Made by a program: the position numbers and the translations under genes. The notes beneath the pieces were generated by a model. That model ran no database searches. It was not told the origin of the DNA and was given only the letters and a program-made list of their open reading frames with translations. DNA of 64,000 nt from Mytilus edulis (taxonomy: Eukaryota): the NCBI RefSeq assembly GCF_963676685.1, contig NC_092349.1, forward strand, positions 87,482,001-87,546,000. The letters run 5' to 3'. Of this stretch, positions 48,801 to 61,505 are shown in pieces. Position 1 is the first letter of the stretch. Each line of letters begins with the position of its first letter.

Positions 48801-50639
48801 TTTAATTAGATATGACATTTGATAGTGATATTAGATATTCACATTTAGGACATATAAGAAGATGTGCTATGAGTGCCTATGAGACAACTCTCTATCCAAG
48901 TCACAATATAGTTCAAGATACAGTCCTCAATACGAAGTGTAGAGTTATATAAGATAACTGGTACAGATGATTGCCAATGATACAACTCAAGTGATTATTA
49001 GTAATTCTATGGCCTTGAAATGGGAGTAAAAACCAACTTATTAGCAAGCTATGATGGACCAGTTTATAGAATTTATAATTTCTTTCAACCTTATTAATCA
49101 TTTTGTTATTCGACTTACAAGTTCAAGGTACATAGACAGCTAGATGTATTTCTTGCATGCTTGATTATAATTCTGTTGATAATGATTTTGTGAGAAATTT
49201 TGCTTCTCAAAAGTTGCTTGGACATGGCTATGAGTAAGTCAAATGAAAGTCAGCTTTCAAGAAATTTCAAGGTCGCCATAATGTCTGACAGTTAAAATGA
49301 TTGTCAGTGCTTTAGAAATTATATCTCATATTTTCCATGTGTTGTTCAAGTACATGGCATGCTATATACAGTGTCTAAAACTTAACTTGTACTTCAAAAG
49401 TATGCTTTCTATTGAATAGATATGTAATTTCATATTTACTCTCACATGAAATTCATATTTATATCATTATGAGTATCAAATTAGAAAAAAAAACCAACAT
49501 ATGAAAAACATATGTTGAGATCCTCATATGAAATCATATGATTTGATGGCATGAAAAACATATGTTTAACATATGTTTATCATATGATTTTTTAAAAACA
49601 TGTGTTTATCATATGTTAAACATATGTTTCTCATGTAGTAAAAACATATGTTTTTCATGAGTGGTTCTCAACATACGTTTGACATATGTTTTTGAACATA
49701 TGAAAAACACATGAAAAACATATGAAAACATATGTTGCAATTTTTCATGTGTAGGGGTCGTAAACTTGACGTTTAATGATTTTGTGATTCAGAAGCAATG
49801 TATTTACCATTGACAACTAATTATTATACATTTTTAAATTATTTTTTTCAATGCCTGATAACGGCTATACAAACATATAATGAAAATGTAAATACTTTTA
49901 CCCATGTCGAAATTGTAAAGTGTTGTCATCAACAAAGAGTATTAATTCATCTGTAAAAATACAAAATATCAGTTAAAATCATATACAACGAGATTCTAGT
50001 ATTTATAATGTTATCGAAATTATTGAACCAATGCATGGATATATACTACACTGAGTCTTGTATATACACGTTTTTTTTTTAACATTTTCTACGACTCATT
50101 AACGCATATCGACAAATGATATTCCTTTAATGGTTGAAGCAAATCAATAATCGAGTTTTTTTACGAAACTTGCAGAATTATGACATTGACACACAATCAA
50201 CTCAGAGCACGTAGACCACAAAAGAAATGTGAAGGAAGAGAGTCACGATATTTTTTTGTTCGAGAGGTCTCGTTGAAAAAATCAATGCATACGGTAAAAT
50301 ATCGGCAATTAGTGTACGAGAAAACAATAATGCAATATCAGTACATTAATGAAAATTCAATATATACAGGATTTTTTTTACAGGAAAGTTCATGTATACT
50401 TGTTGTATGGTAAAACTTTGCCGTTCAAGTATTGCAAACATATTTATAAACTACATTTAACTTTAAACTGTTATACAAGTAAATTTTCACTCAATCGATG
50501 TTTTTATAAGCAAAACATATACAGATATATAACAAGTGAACAGTGATGATGGTTGTTATTGTTAAGTTGTATGTTTCTAGTACAATTACATACATATTAG
50601 GTATATCTATAATAAAATGTTCGAACGCCTAAAATCTAT

Positions 50640-50880
50640 ATAGTGTTTATTTGATTTTGTTGAATTTGGAGGTAGAACTCATCAACAAATTGTCGGCATT
50701 CATTTGAGATCGAACTGTGCATCTCTCCTAGACGACCTTTTCTTATTTTGATATGAGTCGGAGTTTCTGCAGAAACATGTCAGAAACAAGAACATTAAAA
50801 AAGCCAGATCATAAATTTCTCATAATGCACTAATGATGATTTTCTTTTCAATAACAATCAAAATTGATTGGGTTCCATTT
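50640..50880 (+). mobile_element. Highly decayed Penelope-like RT fragment (second subfamily)
   Basis: EFGGRTHQQIVGIHLRSNCASLLDDLFLF*YESEFLQ resembles the GIP.GTNCAPLLADLFL..YE motif. Confidence 0.7.
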
Positions 50881-53800
50881 ACATAAGAAAATGGCTGTAC
50901 CACATCAGGAATATGACAGTTGTTGTCTACTCGTTAAATGTGTTTGAGCTTTAGATATTGCTTGGGGACTTTCCGTTTGGAATTTTTGGAAATTTTATTT
51001 TCTTCATCCTCATCTGTATGTTCAAATTATCATTTTTGGCATTTCACATATGTGATATGACGTTATATCTTTAAAAAAAACGTAGTTCGTATAGACATAG
51101 ATTCTCTTGAAAAGATATATATGTTTCATTAGCAGAACATATATAGAATCAAGGTTAAATATCGAGGTCATATTGTTTTGTTTTAGATGTTTTTCTTTTG
51201 CACACCCAAGAAACCGTCCGATGTATCGACGAAATGACGATAAGGTGCGTTACGACATGACATAACTTTAATCATTAGTTGTTCTAGTGATTAAACTACT
51301 GAACCACAAATATAACAGGCTTTTTGTCAAATGTTTGAAAACCACGACCCATGACCTTGGCATTAATATAAAAGTTATATGTCAACTTTACTTTCTACAT
51401 TTTGACATTTTCTAAAAAGTCAACCGAAAGTGGCCACTTATTAATCACAACACTAGTAGCCAGATTTAAGTCTGAAACGGTCATTTTGGTCTGATCAAGT
51501 CTTAATCGACTTAATTTACCGCTAGAAAAAAACGTTAAGACCTGTTTAGACACTCAGACTCTGTTAAGATAAATTGTGTTCAGTCAGATCAGTCGTGTCA
51601 AGATACACAAGACAGATTCATCTAGCATTCAAATAAGACTTGATTAGATCACGTTCAGATCAAATAAGACCAAAGGTGAACAACTTGTTTAGTTGCAGTA
51701 AGATCGTGTTCAGTTGTGTTAAGATTTTAAATATTTTGAATAAAACGGGCGACACTTTATCTGTTTTTATCAGGGGTTACTCCCCCTTTATGAATATAAT
51801 CTCTATATCTTGGATGATATTCTTTTGTGATCTTTTAATATGACTGTATATCTATTTAATTAAATAAAGTATGCAAACTTTAAAAACAATTCATTTATTT
51901 CCGATAGAATCTTTAACATTCCATTGGTTATATGAAAAAAGATTAATTGTTGTAACCGGAAAATTTGTCATAAAAACTTTGCAGTCTGACATAAAGTAGT
52001 CCTGCATGTATGCATTCCGCCTCTAAAGATATAATGATCAGTATTAAATATATCTCAAAGATGTTCTTAAACATGTTTTGTTTCTAATGTAGAGTGATAG
52101 TTTTTATCTATATTTTAAGTATATAATTTACTTTTTATTTTAAAATTGTACACAGATGACAGATGCTTTGTGAAAGTTATTTACATTTTAATAAACGGAT
52201 TATTTAAGCAGTCAACCGAAACGGATGAGCATAAACTACCTAAATAATTACGCATTCGTGTCACTGGACGTATAATGAATGAAGTTCCATGTTTTATCTT
52301 TAATATAAGATGTATAAAGTTAAACCGGGTTATATTATTACATTTACAAATAAAACATTATTTTATATTTTTTTAAATAAATGCAACAATTATATTAGCA
52401 TATTTTAAAAATTTAATTGATAGTTTATATTGACCATTATATACATATAAAGACCGATGTCGATAACTCATTTGAATTTTTTTTTTTCGCCATTTTTTTT
52501 TTTATAGCACGAATTAAATACAAGAGTAAATCATATCATAGAAAAATACCAAACAACGTTAGTTAAGACACGATTGATAAAATCTAATTTACGGTTTATA
52601 TTTCTGTTTCGTATCAGATTTGTTGAAGCACCAGTGTTACTACTCATTTTGAAAAACAGCGAGACGCTTACTTGCTATTTCGGAATTGACCAAAAAGCTA
52701 TAAAATAACGTAGCGAAATGACCGTATTTATAGATTAGACTTTTGTTTTTCATTTTTAATTGTTTAATTGTTACGATTGCATTCAGGCAGAGAGAAATAT
52801 GTTTTATTTTATTTCAGATGATTTAGTACAGATATAAAAATATTCTTACTGATCTTTTACAATCTACAAATATAACTTGATAATGTATTTTATACACATG
52901 GTATATAAAATGCTTGTAGTATTCCGTTACCGGTTGTACGCTCATATCTAAATACCTTTCTATTTAATAAGAAAGTGTGAAAAAAACAGATATTGAAATT
53001 CACCTGAAAAAGAGTAAACGAATAGCGGCTATCTAAATTATTTTTCAAATATCGAATAAACAAATAAATCGGCCACGCTTGCAATTTGTTTTTTTAATGA
53101 CAGGTGTCTGCTGTTATTCGATTGGACATCAGTATCAATGTAGGCGTAACAACCTATCATATTTATCCAATCAGCTGTCTTGTATAAGGTAAAATGTATT
53201 CGATGACATACGGTCCACATAGTTTAGTTTTTTTTAAGTTGATTGCAATAAAAATTATTCATACACTCTAAAACAAACAATATCCTGCCCAAAAATTACT
53301 TACAAGACACTATATTATACTTTTAAAAATAACTATATTAAATTACAAATTAAGACAGCGTAAAAATAAAAACATTAATAACAATTACAGTACTATTTAA
53401 CGGTAGAGCTCTGATTTAACGGGGACTATTGTACTATTAGAATGATAGTCCCAGCAAGTTAACAAATTGATCATCAAAAGGACGGTTGTGCTATTGTGAG
53501 CGAGGGACTTGCCGGTACGTCAAAAAACCACCTAGGCCGCTTTGGTACACTAAGCTCTCGAATCTGCACTAAGACATTGACGGAATACTATAGAGACTAA
53601 TGAAAAGTCCATGTGTGGACATGTCAGATAAAAATAGAAAACGCTTATATTTAAGAATAAACAAGTCATGAAAAGAAATATTACTATACATTGTACGGAC
53701 ATTTAGACTAATTCACTTGCTTTGATACAGCGATTATGAAAACATGACACATTTTTATCAAGTTTTTATTTTATTTACTTGTGCACTCTATTGTGGGACC

Positions 53801-56693
53801 TCGTGTCATCATGAATGATACATTTTATTGTGTATTAAAATTGATTAAGGAATAACGCAAGATTGCAGAGAAGCCAATTAGAATAACGTATTATAATGAA
53901 ACATATATCTAATGTTATTATAACATTGTACATGTCCTCCTAATGATACATCTAATAGTTACCACTGGACATTAAACAGCTAACTATAAATTCATCCGTC
54001 ATATTCTTAGTTTTGTTATAATGTGAAAATCCAACAACATGATGATATAATAATTTTTGCAGATTTCACTATGGAAATACGTGGGAAATAATTGTAAACA
54101 AAACCACTCAATAACATCCCTACGGCACAAATTAAAGTCTAGCCTTTTCACATTAAAATACGTTATTTTCATTAATCTATTCTAAATAATTTTAAACAAT
54201 TTTAAATCAAACGGTATTTTTTCTTATTTGCCATAAAAAAAACCAATTATTTGCATTACTTATTTTAATCAGATCGATTGTTTTTCAATGGTCGGTGCCT
54301 GTCAGCATTTATAAAACCGTGTTTGCCAGACAGAAAGCTACATAAAACAGGAAAACAACAATGTATTAGAAATACTTCAAGGTCCTACGTGTATATTCTA
54401 TTTTCTGTTGTAATGTGGTGTAATGCAAAAAAAGTTAATTCCTGAATACTGATTTGTACCCATCAAGCATTTGTGGTTAATAACAAATCTTTGGTAGTCT
54501 CTTCTTCTTTACTCGCAAAGTATTCGACTAAATCATGTTTTATTAATGAAAATTGCTCATTGCTGGCGAATGTTAAACATTGATCTCTAGGTTTTCAATT
54601 TTTTAGTTGTTAGGTTACTGTCTGATCTCGCAAACCTGATATTTTATGGTCATTATTGTTTGCATCCAATTGCACCAATGCATTAAAAAGATATAAACGC
54701 GACACCGTACGAGAGTCGTTAATCGTTATTTTACATAAACTATTAGTATTTTCTTTCTTTAACGAAATACGAAACCACTTCTCGCAATTCGCTTTGGGGT
54801 TATTGTGCTTGTCTTTTGACAAAAAATAGCCTTGTTTCAAAAACAAAACGTATAAGAGTAATATTTAAAACTGAACTAGAGTGCAGAGATAGGAAGTAGG
54901 AATTTTGAATTTTAATTGAATGTTCTAAATCTTAGTGTATTTCTGATATATGATTGTACAGACTCAAAAATATCTTTGTTTTTCTGAAATAGATAAATAG
55001 ATAGATAGATAGATACTTTATTCGTAGATACTTTATATTTGTTGAAATGAAAGGTCACCGTCACCAGCCATTGAAAGCAAAATGGATATAGTAGATCTTT
55101 CAAATTTTAAAAACAATATTTCTCTTGCTTCGTTGATAAAAGGGCACTTAAGAAATAGTGAATACTATCCTCAACAGGATGACCACAGCTGCTTGCGGGA
55201 TTGGGTTTAATATTGATAAGGTTTATATCTGCATTTGAATAAATGTACCATATTTCTCAACTGCACTGGTATTAAACTGATAACCGTAACTGGAATTACG
55301 ACTATCCCAATATGGCGACGGCAGATATATGTAAAATTTTTACAGCCATTTTTTCTCAAATGTAGCATGTTTTTGTCAAAAGTTACTCAGCTGCAAGGTT
55401 TTTCTATACCATTACATCATATTTGAATCGTAACGGTGCACTGGAATTGTCTAAGCGCTTTGAACATTGCCGTTGAAAATTTTTGCCAACATCTGTTACA
55501 GAAGAAGGTTGTCAAAGTTGAGAAAAACGCTTGGTACTTTTATATACTTTGTGGAAAGATAGAAAAACACTATAATTTTCGTCAGAACTCAAAGACTCGT
55601 CACCAGAGAACAATAGATAAATTGTAATATTGACAACAAAACATTGATTTCATTTATCATTATAAGCCTTTGTGAATAAAAATTGTTATAATATAATAGA
55701 TGAATAATGATTCTTTGATATGTCCCATTGTCTACTGAATATTTCTAAGATCAATAATTTAAAATTTGTATACCAAACATTTAAAATTTTCCCCGGCGTT
55801 TATAAATAGCATTGAAAGTACAACATCTTATAAACGATAATCATTGATAAATGTAAATGAGCCACTCTTTCTCAGGTTGAGATGGAATATGTTCGTTATT
55901 TGATTTAACGAGTTTAACAATCAAAACCCCTGAAATATCGTCTTATGACAAGCACGAAAAATGGCGAAACAGAACTTCCAACAGCGGACAAGGATTTCTT
56001 ATTATACAATATTCTTTCAATGGATGTTTTAAATGCAATGTAGAACTTATCCATTAAGACATTTCGTATCCATTTTGAAATATGAAGTTACATGCATGAA
56101 GAAGTTTGTCTGACGTATAAAAATTGAAATAAAGCATGACGGGAGTTAAGAGAAAAAGGGAAGTATGGCCATTTTGCGAAAAAGAAAAGTCATGATGACT
56201 TAATGAAAAACAAGTCAGGATAAATTAATAACTAAGAAATGCAGGACAGAATAGAGTGTAAAATAAAAAAAAGCAGGACTACATTTACATTGAGATTACA
56301 TTGAAGAGGGGCGTACATCCTCTACGCCCCCTCTGAATCTGCCACTGGATATCTAGTTTCGCTGAAAAAGAATGAATTTGCGCAACAACTTAATTACGCC
56401 AATTCTTATTTTACATGCTTTATTGTAAAAACTGCAGCATTCATTTGCGCCAATAAAACAACCATTTAATTGTGCAAATATTATAGACCTGTTTTCAGAT
56501 GTTTGTTCTTAGTGCACTGAGGAGGTCCTTTCCGGCATTGACAGGTACAAGCAAAGGGTCTCCTTAGTGCACTTAGAACAAACTAGTGCACTTAGGACCT
56601 GATGGGATGATAGAACACAAAAACATGACATAAAAATGGAGACTTTCTTAAAGTACTTTATTTCAAATTTTATAATCATATCTTTAGTAATTA

Positions 56694-57195
56694 CCTGATT
56701 AAATCAAATATGTAATAAAAAATATATCTTCATGTTCTACTTTTTGAGTTAAATGAGGTCGAAATTTTGTATTTTTGCTCAAAATTCGGATTTGTGGCCG
56801 TATTTTCCCTTTCGAAAGAAAGACATAACTTTTTTATTTTAAAAGATAAACACAAATTGTTTTTTGTGAAATAATTTGTAATTTCTGTTTTGTATACGTA
56901 GTCTAAAGAGTTATGCATTTTTTGTTCAATAATAACTCATATTTATCAAATGGTCAAGAATTGAGAAAAACAAACGTCATTTTTTGCTGTATATTTTTCA
57001 AAATTAAAAAAAAATTGCACTATTTACAGTTTTATAAAATATGGTCCACATAATCTCCCTGCAAAATGAAACAAAATGTCGTTTTAAAAAATGTGGGTCC
57101 ATGTACTCGTTTTCAAATTAAATCAGTTTGAATGATAAAAATCAGTCGAAAAATGCATCTTTTCCCGATATGTCACAGTTTGACGTCGCGAAAAT
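56694..57195 (-). repeat. Inverted, TIR-less copy of the Kolobok-like element at 57201-57819
   Basis: Reverse complement of 57254-57751 with scattered mismatches. Confidence 0.9.
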
Positions 57196-57200
57196 TTTAA

Positions 57201-57819
57201 GGGCATACGATACAGTTACAGGGCAGGTAAAGACGTTGCTAACGTAAAATGATATTTTCGCGACGTCAAACTATGACATATCGGGAAAAGGTGCATTTTT
57301 CGACTATTTTTCATCATTCAAACTGATTTCATTTGAAAACGAGTGCATAGACCCCTATTTTTTAAAACGACATTTTGTTTCATTTTGCAGGGAGATTATG
57401 TGGACCAAATTTTATTAAACTGTAAATAGAGGAATTTTTTTAATTTTGATAAATATACAGCAAAAAAATACGATTTTTTCTTAATTCATGACCATTTGAT
57501 AAATATGAGTTATTTCTGGATAAAAAATGCATAATTTTTTAGGATACTTATAAAATACAAAAATTACAAATTATCTAACAAAAAACAATTTGTGTTTATC
57601 TTTTAAAACAAAAAAGTTATGGCTTTCTTTCGAAAGAGAAAATACGGCCACAAATCCGAATTTTGAGCAAATATACAAAATTTCGACCTCATTTAACTCA
57701 AAAAGTAGCTCATGAAGGTATATTTTTCATTACATATTTGATTTAATCAGGCAAAAACTAGCCTATATGGAAATTTTCATCAAACTGTAAATACAGGATC
57801 AAAACTGTATCGTATGCCC
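57201..57819. mobile_element. Kolobok-like MITE, 17-bp TIRs, TTAA TSD
   Basis: TTAA-GGGCATACGATACAGTT...AACTGTATCGTATGCCC-TTAA. Confidence 0.9.
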
Positions 57820-59299
57820 TTAACAGTTCAAGTCAGTATTCTAATGTAACATGTACGTGTAAATAAGTAAATCGTTTCGAGGTAAATATGACACAACTAA
57901 TAAAATTGAAAATGGAAATGAGGAATGTTTAATGTTCCATTTATTGGCGCAATTCATATTATAAAAAAAGAAAGAAGAGATGGGCACGATTCAAACCTTT
58001 ACAATTTGACAAATTACAACTGACCGTTTTGACAAACCAGTAAATTCTTCGTCCGGGGATATGCAGCTGACATTAATCTTCCTTCGGTAACTTTACAATA
58101 CCCAGCCGTGTCATTTCCGTATATTGTACATGTAGATAGCTCGTGTGATACATGTATATACACCAGAAATACCCATCATTCAAGTGATTTTTATTTTTAG
58201 AAGAACTCCATATCGGGTAACATTAAATATACATACACATAAAATTACAGTTGAAAAAAAAAATGTTAATAATAAGTTCAAATGTTGTTTTTATTAAATG
58301 CACCTAGGTACGTATTTGTAAACTTATGTTGTTACTTTATTTCATATAAATTTTATTTTTCTCGTTGTGTTGCTTGTCCATTAATTGACGTTTACGCTAT
58401 ATTTTTTGTTCGGTATTTGTGAAAACCTGCTCATCTATCAATTTCACAAGAAATATAAAACAGTCGTAAGTCATGAACACTGAAGTTTAACTTGTTATCA
58501 ATTTTTTGTATACGCAAAAAGATAAAATTAAATGAAACACTTTAAAGCTGTTTAAATCATGCAGTGAGTTTTGAAAATATAGTTTTGAAAAACCGTTTAT
58601 TTTTGTTTAATACTTTTTCTGTCCCTTTTCTTAAAAATTATGACACGTGTCACTGGTAAATATAGAACTAGTCCACTATGAATAATCACAAACAACAAAT
58701 TTTTGAATCTTTTATCATAAATTTTGTTCTGTTAAATCAAAGACATGTAGTACATGTATTCTATTATCCGGGATAAATTATTCACAATGATAAAGACATA
58801 AGGGATGATTTAGAAATTAGCATGTTGTGTATACACATACACCTATCTATTGGTGAACACTTATATGTTGCCCACTAGCTGTCCTTATGTGATTTTTATT
58901 GTTTGGTTGCGAGTGTCTCGTTGTCGTTCAACCCACTATGATCTCCTACAGTTTCAATATATATTTTTCATAAGACTTTGCTCAGAGGAAAGTAATAGAA
59001 TAGGTTTGGATATACATTTTAAATCCCCAAAATTTTATTTTAAACTATTAATTTTGAAGACGTGTGTTATCTAAACGAAGTCTATATGGTCACCAAATCA
59101 CCTGTTTATTGTCTGTTTTGGTTTATTATTTTAAGCATAAAGTTTATAAATCCATCTCTGAACACACATTATACATGTATAGCATTAAGTCAAAGTAAAC
59201 ATTAAACTTATGAATGGCGGAAAAGAAATATCTGAAAACGATAGATGGATGTTGGATGTGTACGGATTGATAGTTTAGTCTTAGTTGCATGATTTTTTT

Positions 59300-59836
59300 A
59301 TTAGTTGTTAGTGACTTTGAACTAGCTGTCAGATAACTGCGAGTACTCTCAGATTTGTTCATTGTGTCTTTTTGTGTCGGGATGTATAAGTACCGGGCCG
59401 CGTCCACTTGTACTTTTGTCCATCTGATGAGTTAAGCCTTTTTCATCTGATTTTTATAGTTCGTTCTTATGTTGTACTGTTATACCACTGTCCCAGGTTA
59501 GGTGGAGGGTGGGGATCCCCTTAACATGTTTAACCCCGCCACATAATTTATGTATGTGCCTGTCCCAAGTCAGGAGCCTGTAATTCAGTGGTTGTCATTT
59601 GTTTATGTGTTACATATTTGTTTTTCGTTAATTTTTTACATAAATAAGGCCGTTAGTTTTCTCGTTTGAATTGTTTTACATTGTCTTATCGGGGCCTTTT
59701 ATAGCTCACTATGCGGTATGGGCTTTGCTCATTGTTGAAGGCCGTACGGTGACCTATAGTTGTTAATGTCTGTGTCATTTTGGTCTTTTGTGGATAGTTG
59801 TCTCATTGGCAATCATACCACATCTTCTTTTTTATA
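59300..59836 (+). mobile_element. Longest copy of an abundant non-coding retroposon-like repeat carrying a twister ribozyme fold
   Basis: At least five copies in the window share the 3' end CACATCTTCTTTTTTATA and differ in 5' truncation. Confidence 0.85.
59484..59592 (+). ncRNA. Candidate P5-type (circularly permuted) twister ribozyme
   Basis: P5 CAGGU/GCCUG extended by ACCACUG/CAGUGGU; P2' GGUG-GA-GGG; U^AA-CCCC-GC; P3 CACAUA/UAUGUG; P4 CCUG-UCCCAAGU-CAGG-A. Confidence 0.78.
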
Positions 59837-61304
59837 CTATCAGTACACTATTCTATCAACATGTGTTTGGTGTCCATTTTACAATATATTGTTTAAAAAT
59901 TTAGTGTTTTCTTATTCATTCTGACATCTGTGTCCATGGCTGTTAACAAGAAATTGCGAAGACGTTATGCTTATCTGTTCACCTTTAAAAAGGATTTTTC
60001 AACAGAATATTATATCTATAAAATTAATTGTTTAATTTTTGTTTTTCTCTGCGAAAACAAAATGGCCCTCAAGCTAAATGTCATCGTCATCGGCATGTAT
60101 AATAGAAGACGATAAACACTTTAGAATATACACCACCTGCTGGATCTTTTTACTTGTGCACATATCTCGTTACGTAACAAGTATGAATGTAAAATTCTCG
60201 ATATGGTACATGTATATTCAGCCGAATATACACGGTATCTCTGGACTGGGGTATTTAAGATATTTTGATCTGATAATGAAACATGTAAATATATTTGTGC
60301 TTTATGTAAAAAAAATGCATTTAACCATTTTATTTTTAAAACTTCTTTAAAATAAGTTGACTTTGAGCAAATATTAGGTGAATATTAGATTAAATTTGGG
60401 AAGTCGTGTATATCCCATTTGTTAGGTGAGAAATAAAAAAAATATCAGCTGGGTTTAAGAGTTGCAAATCTTAACAAATTAAATTTATTTTGTATTTGTG
60501 TACCTCAATAGTGTTTGCTAAATATATGTTTTCTCGAATGCCGAAAAGTGAAGAGTTTTTAATACGTGTAAATCACGAATTCACACAAACGACGTTTATA
60601 AATGGTCTGTTCAAAAGTTTAGCTACACTTTTCAAAATATTTCAGACACGTAAATAATATAGGTTATTAGTGCTAGCTTCACAAAGAAAATATCCACTGA
60701 CATGCATAATATCTAATGTCATGGGCCACGGATGGACTGTCTTTATTATAGGGATGCCCATGTGGCACATCAAAGATAAGATTGATTTAACCATTGTACT
60801 TTAGAATTGCAACAAATCTTAAATTCTGAAAATCACTTGAATACATTAACCTGTTATCTTGTCGACTTTACAGCTTATTTCCTAATGCTTGTAGAGTAAA
60901 ATTTTGGTAGGCTTGCTTGCTCTGTTGGTATAAACACGAATTCAAGCTTTGTAAATAACATTGACATCTTCAAACAATGTAGAGGCACATTTTAATCTGT
61001 ATATATTATATTTAAATTTGATTGGACATTATCCCAATTACAATTGTAAAATATACAAACTAAGCAATCAAGCTAACAAAAGTCTCGCTTTACATGCATT
61101 GGGAAATTAGCTGTAAAACCAACATATAGATAGCCGTTATATCATGAGAAGAGATCACGATGAAATTTGAAAGTTAAACAAATCTTATAGTTTTCACGGG
61201 AACGAATATTTTGTTTAAACGTTGTAGTGATCAGCCCATCAATGACGTAATTTAAAAAATAAGACGACAAGGTCGAAAATAGTTATAGACGTCTTATAGC
61301 AAAT

Positions 61305-61505
61305 AAACTCACCATAGATACCAGGACTAAATTTTGTATATACGCCAGACGCGCGTTTCGTCTACAAAAGACTCATCAGTGACGCTCGCATCCAAAAAGT
61401 TAAAAAGGCCAAATAAAGTACGACGTTGAAGAGCATTGAGGACCAAAATTCCTAAAGGTTTTGCCAAATACAGCTAAGGTAATCTATGCCTGAGGTAGAA
61501 AAGCA
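61305..61505 (-). mobile_element. Retrozyme-like repeat (second subfamily), partial
   Basis: Same layout as 23791-24114; homologous to 250-360. Confidence 0.8.
61342..61385 (-). ncRNA. Type I hammerhead ribozyme (GUC cleavage triplet)
   Basis: GCGUCA-CUGAUGA-GUCU(UUUGU)AGAC-GAAA-C(GCGC)G-UC^UGGCGU; core complete. Confidence 0.92.

Larger units (their letters stand above)
39013..49751. mobile_element. 10.7-kb non-autonomous TIR DNA transposon (CAC termini, 2-bp TA TSD; EnSpm/CMC-like) with nested insertions
   Basis: CACAGGAAAAATTGCAACATATG... / ...CATATGTTGCAATTTTTCATGTG; AAACATATG subterminal arrays at 39013-39310 and 49495-49751; empty site at ~16889. Confidence 0.88.
23145..51450. repeat. 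Segmental duplication, copy B (expanded by a LINE and a 10.7-kb transposon)
   Basis: Colinear with 4355-18000; starts inside the LC8 intron 1 homologue. Confidence 0.88.

Noticed and set aside
51800-56300. Short ORFs of 60-78 aa in the AT-rich right-hand region
   Set aside because: No domain similarity or splice structure recognised; lengths are as expected by chance.
59424-59450. CTGATGAG in the twister-family repeat (also ~20875) as a hammerhead core
   Set aside because: No GAAA or stem II follows.
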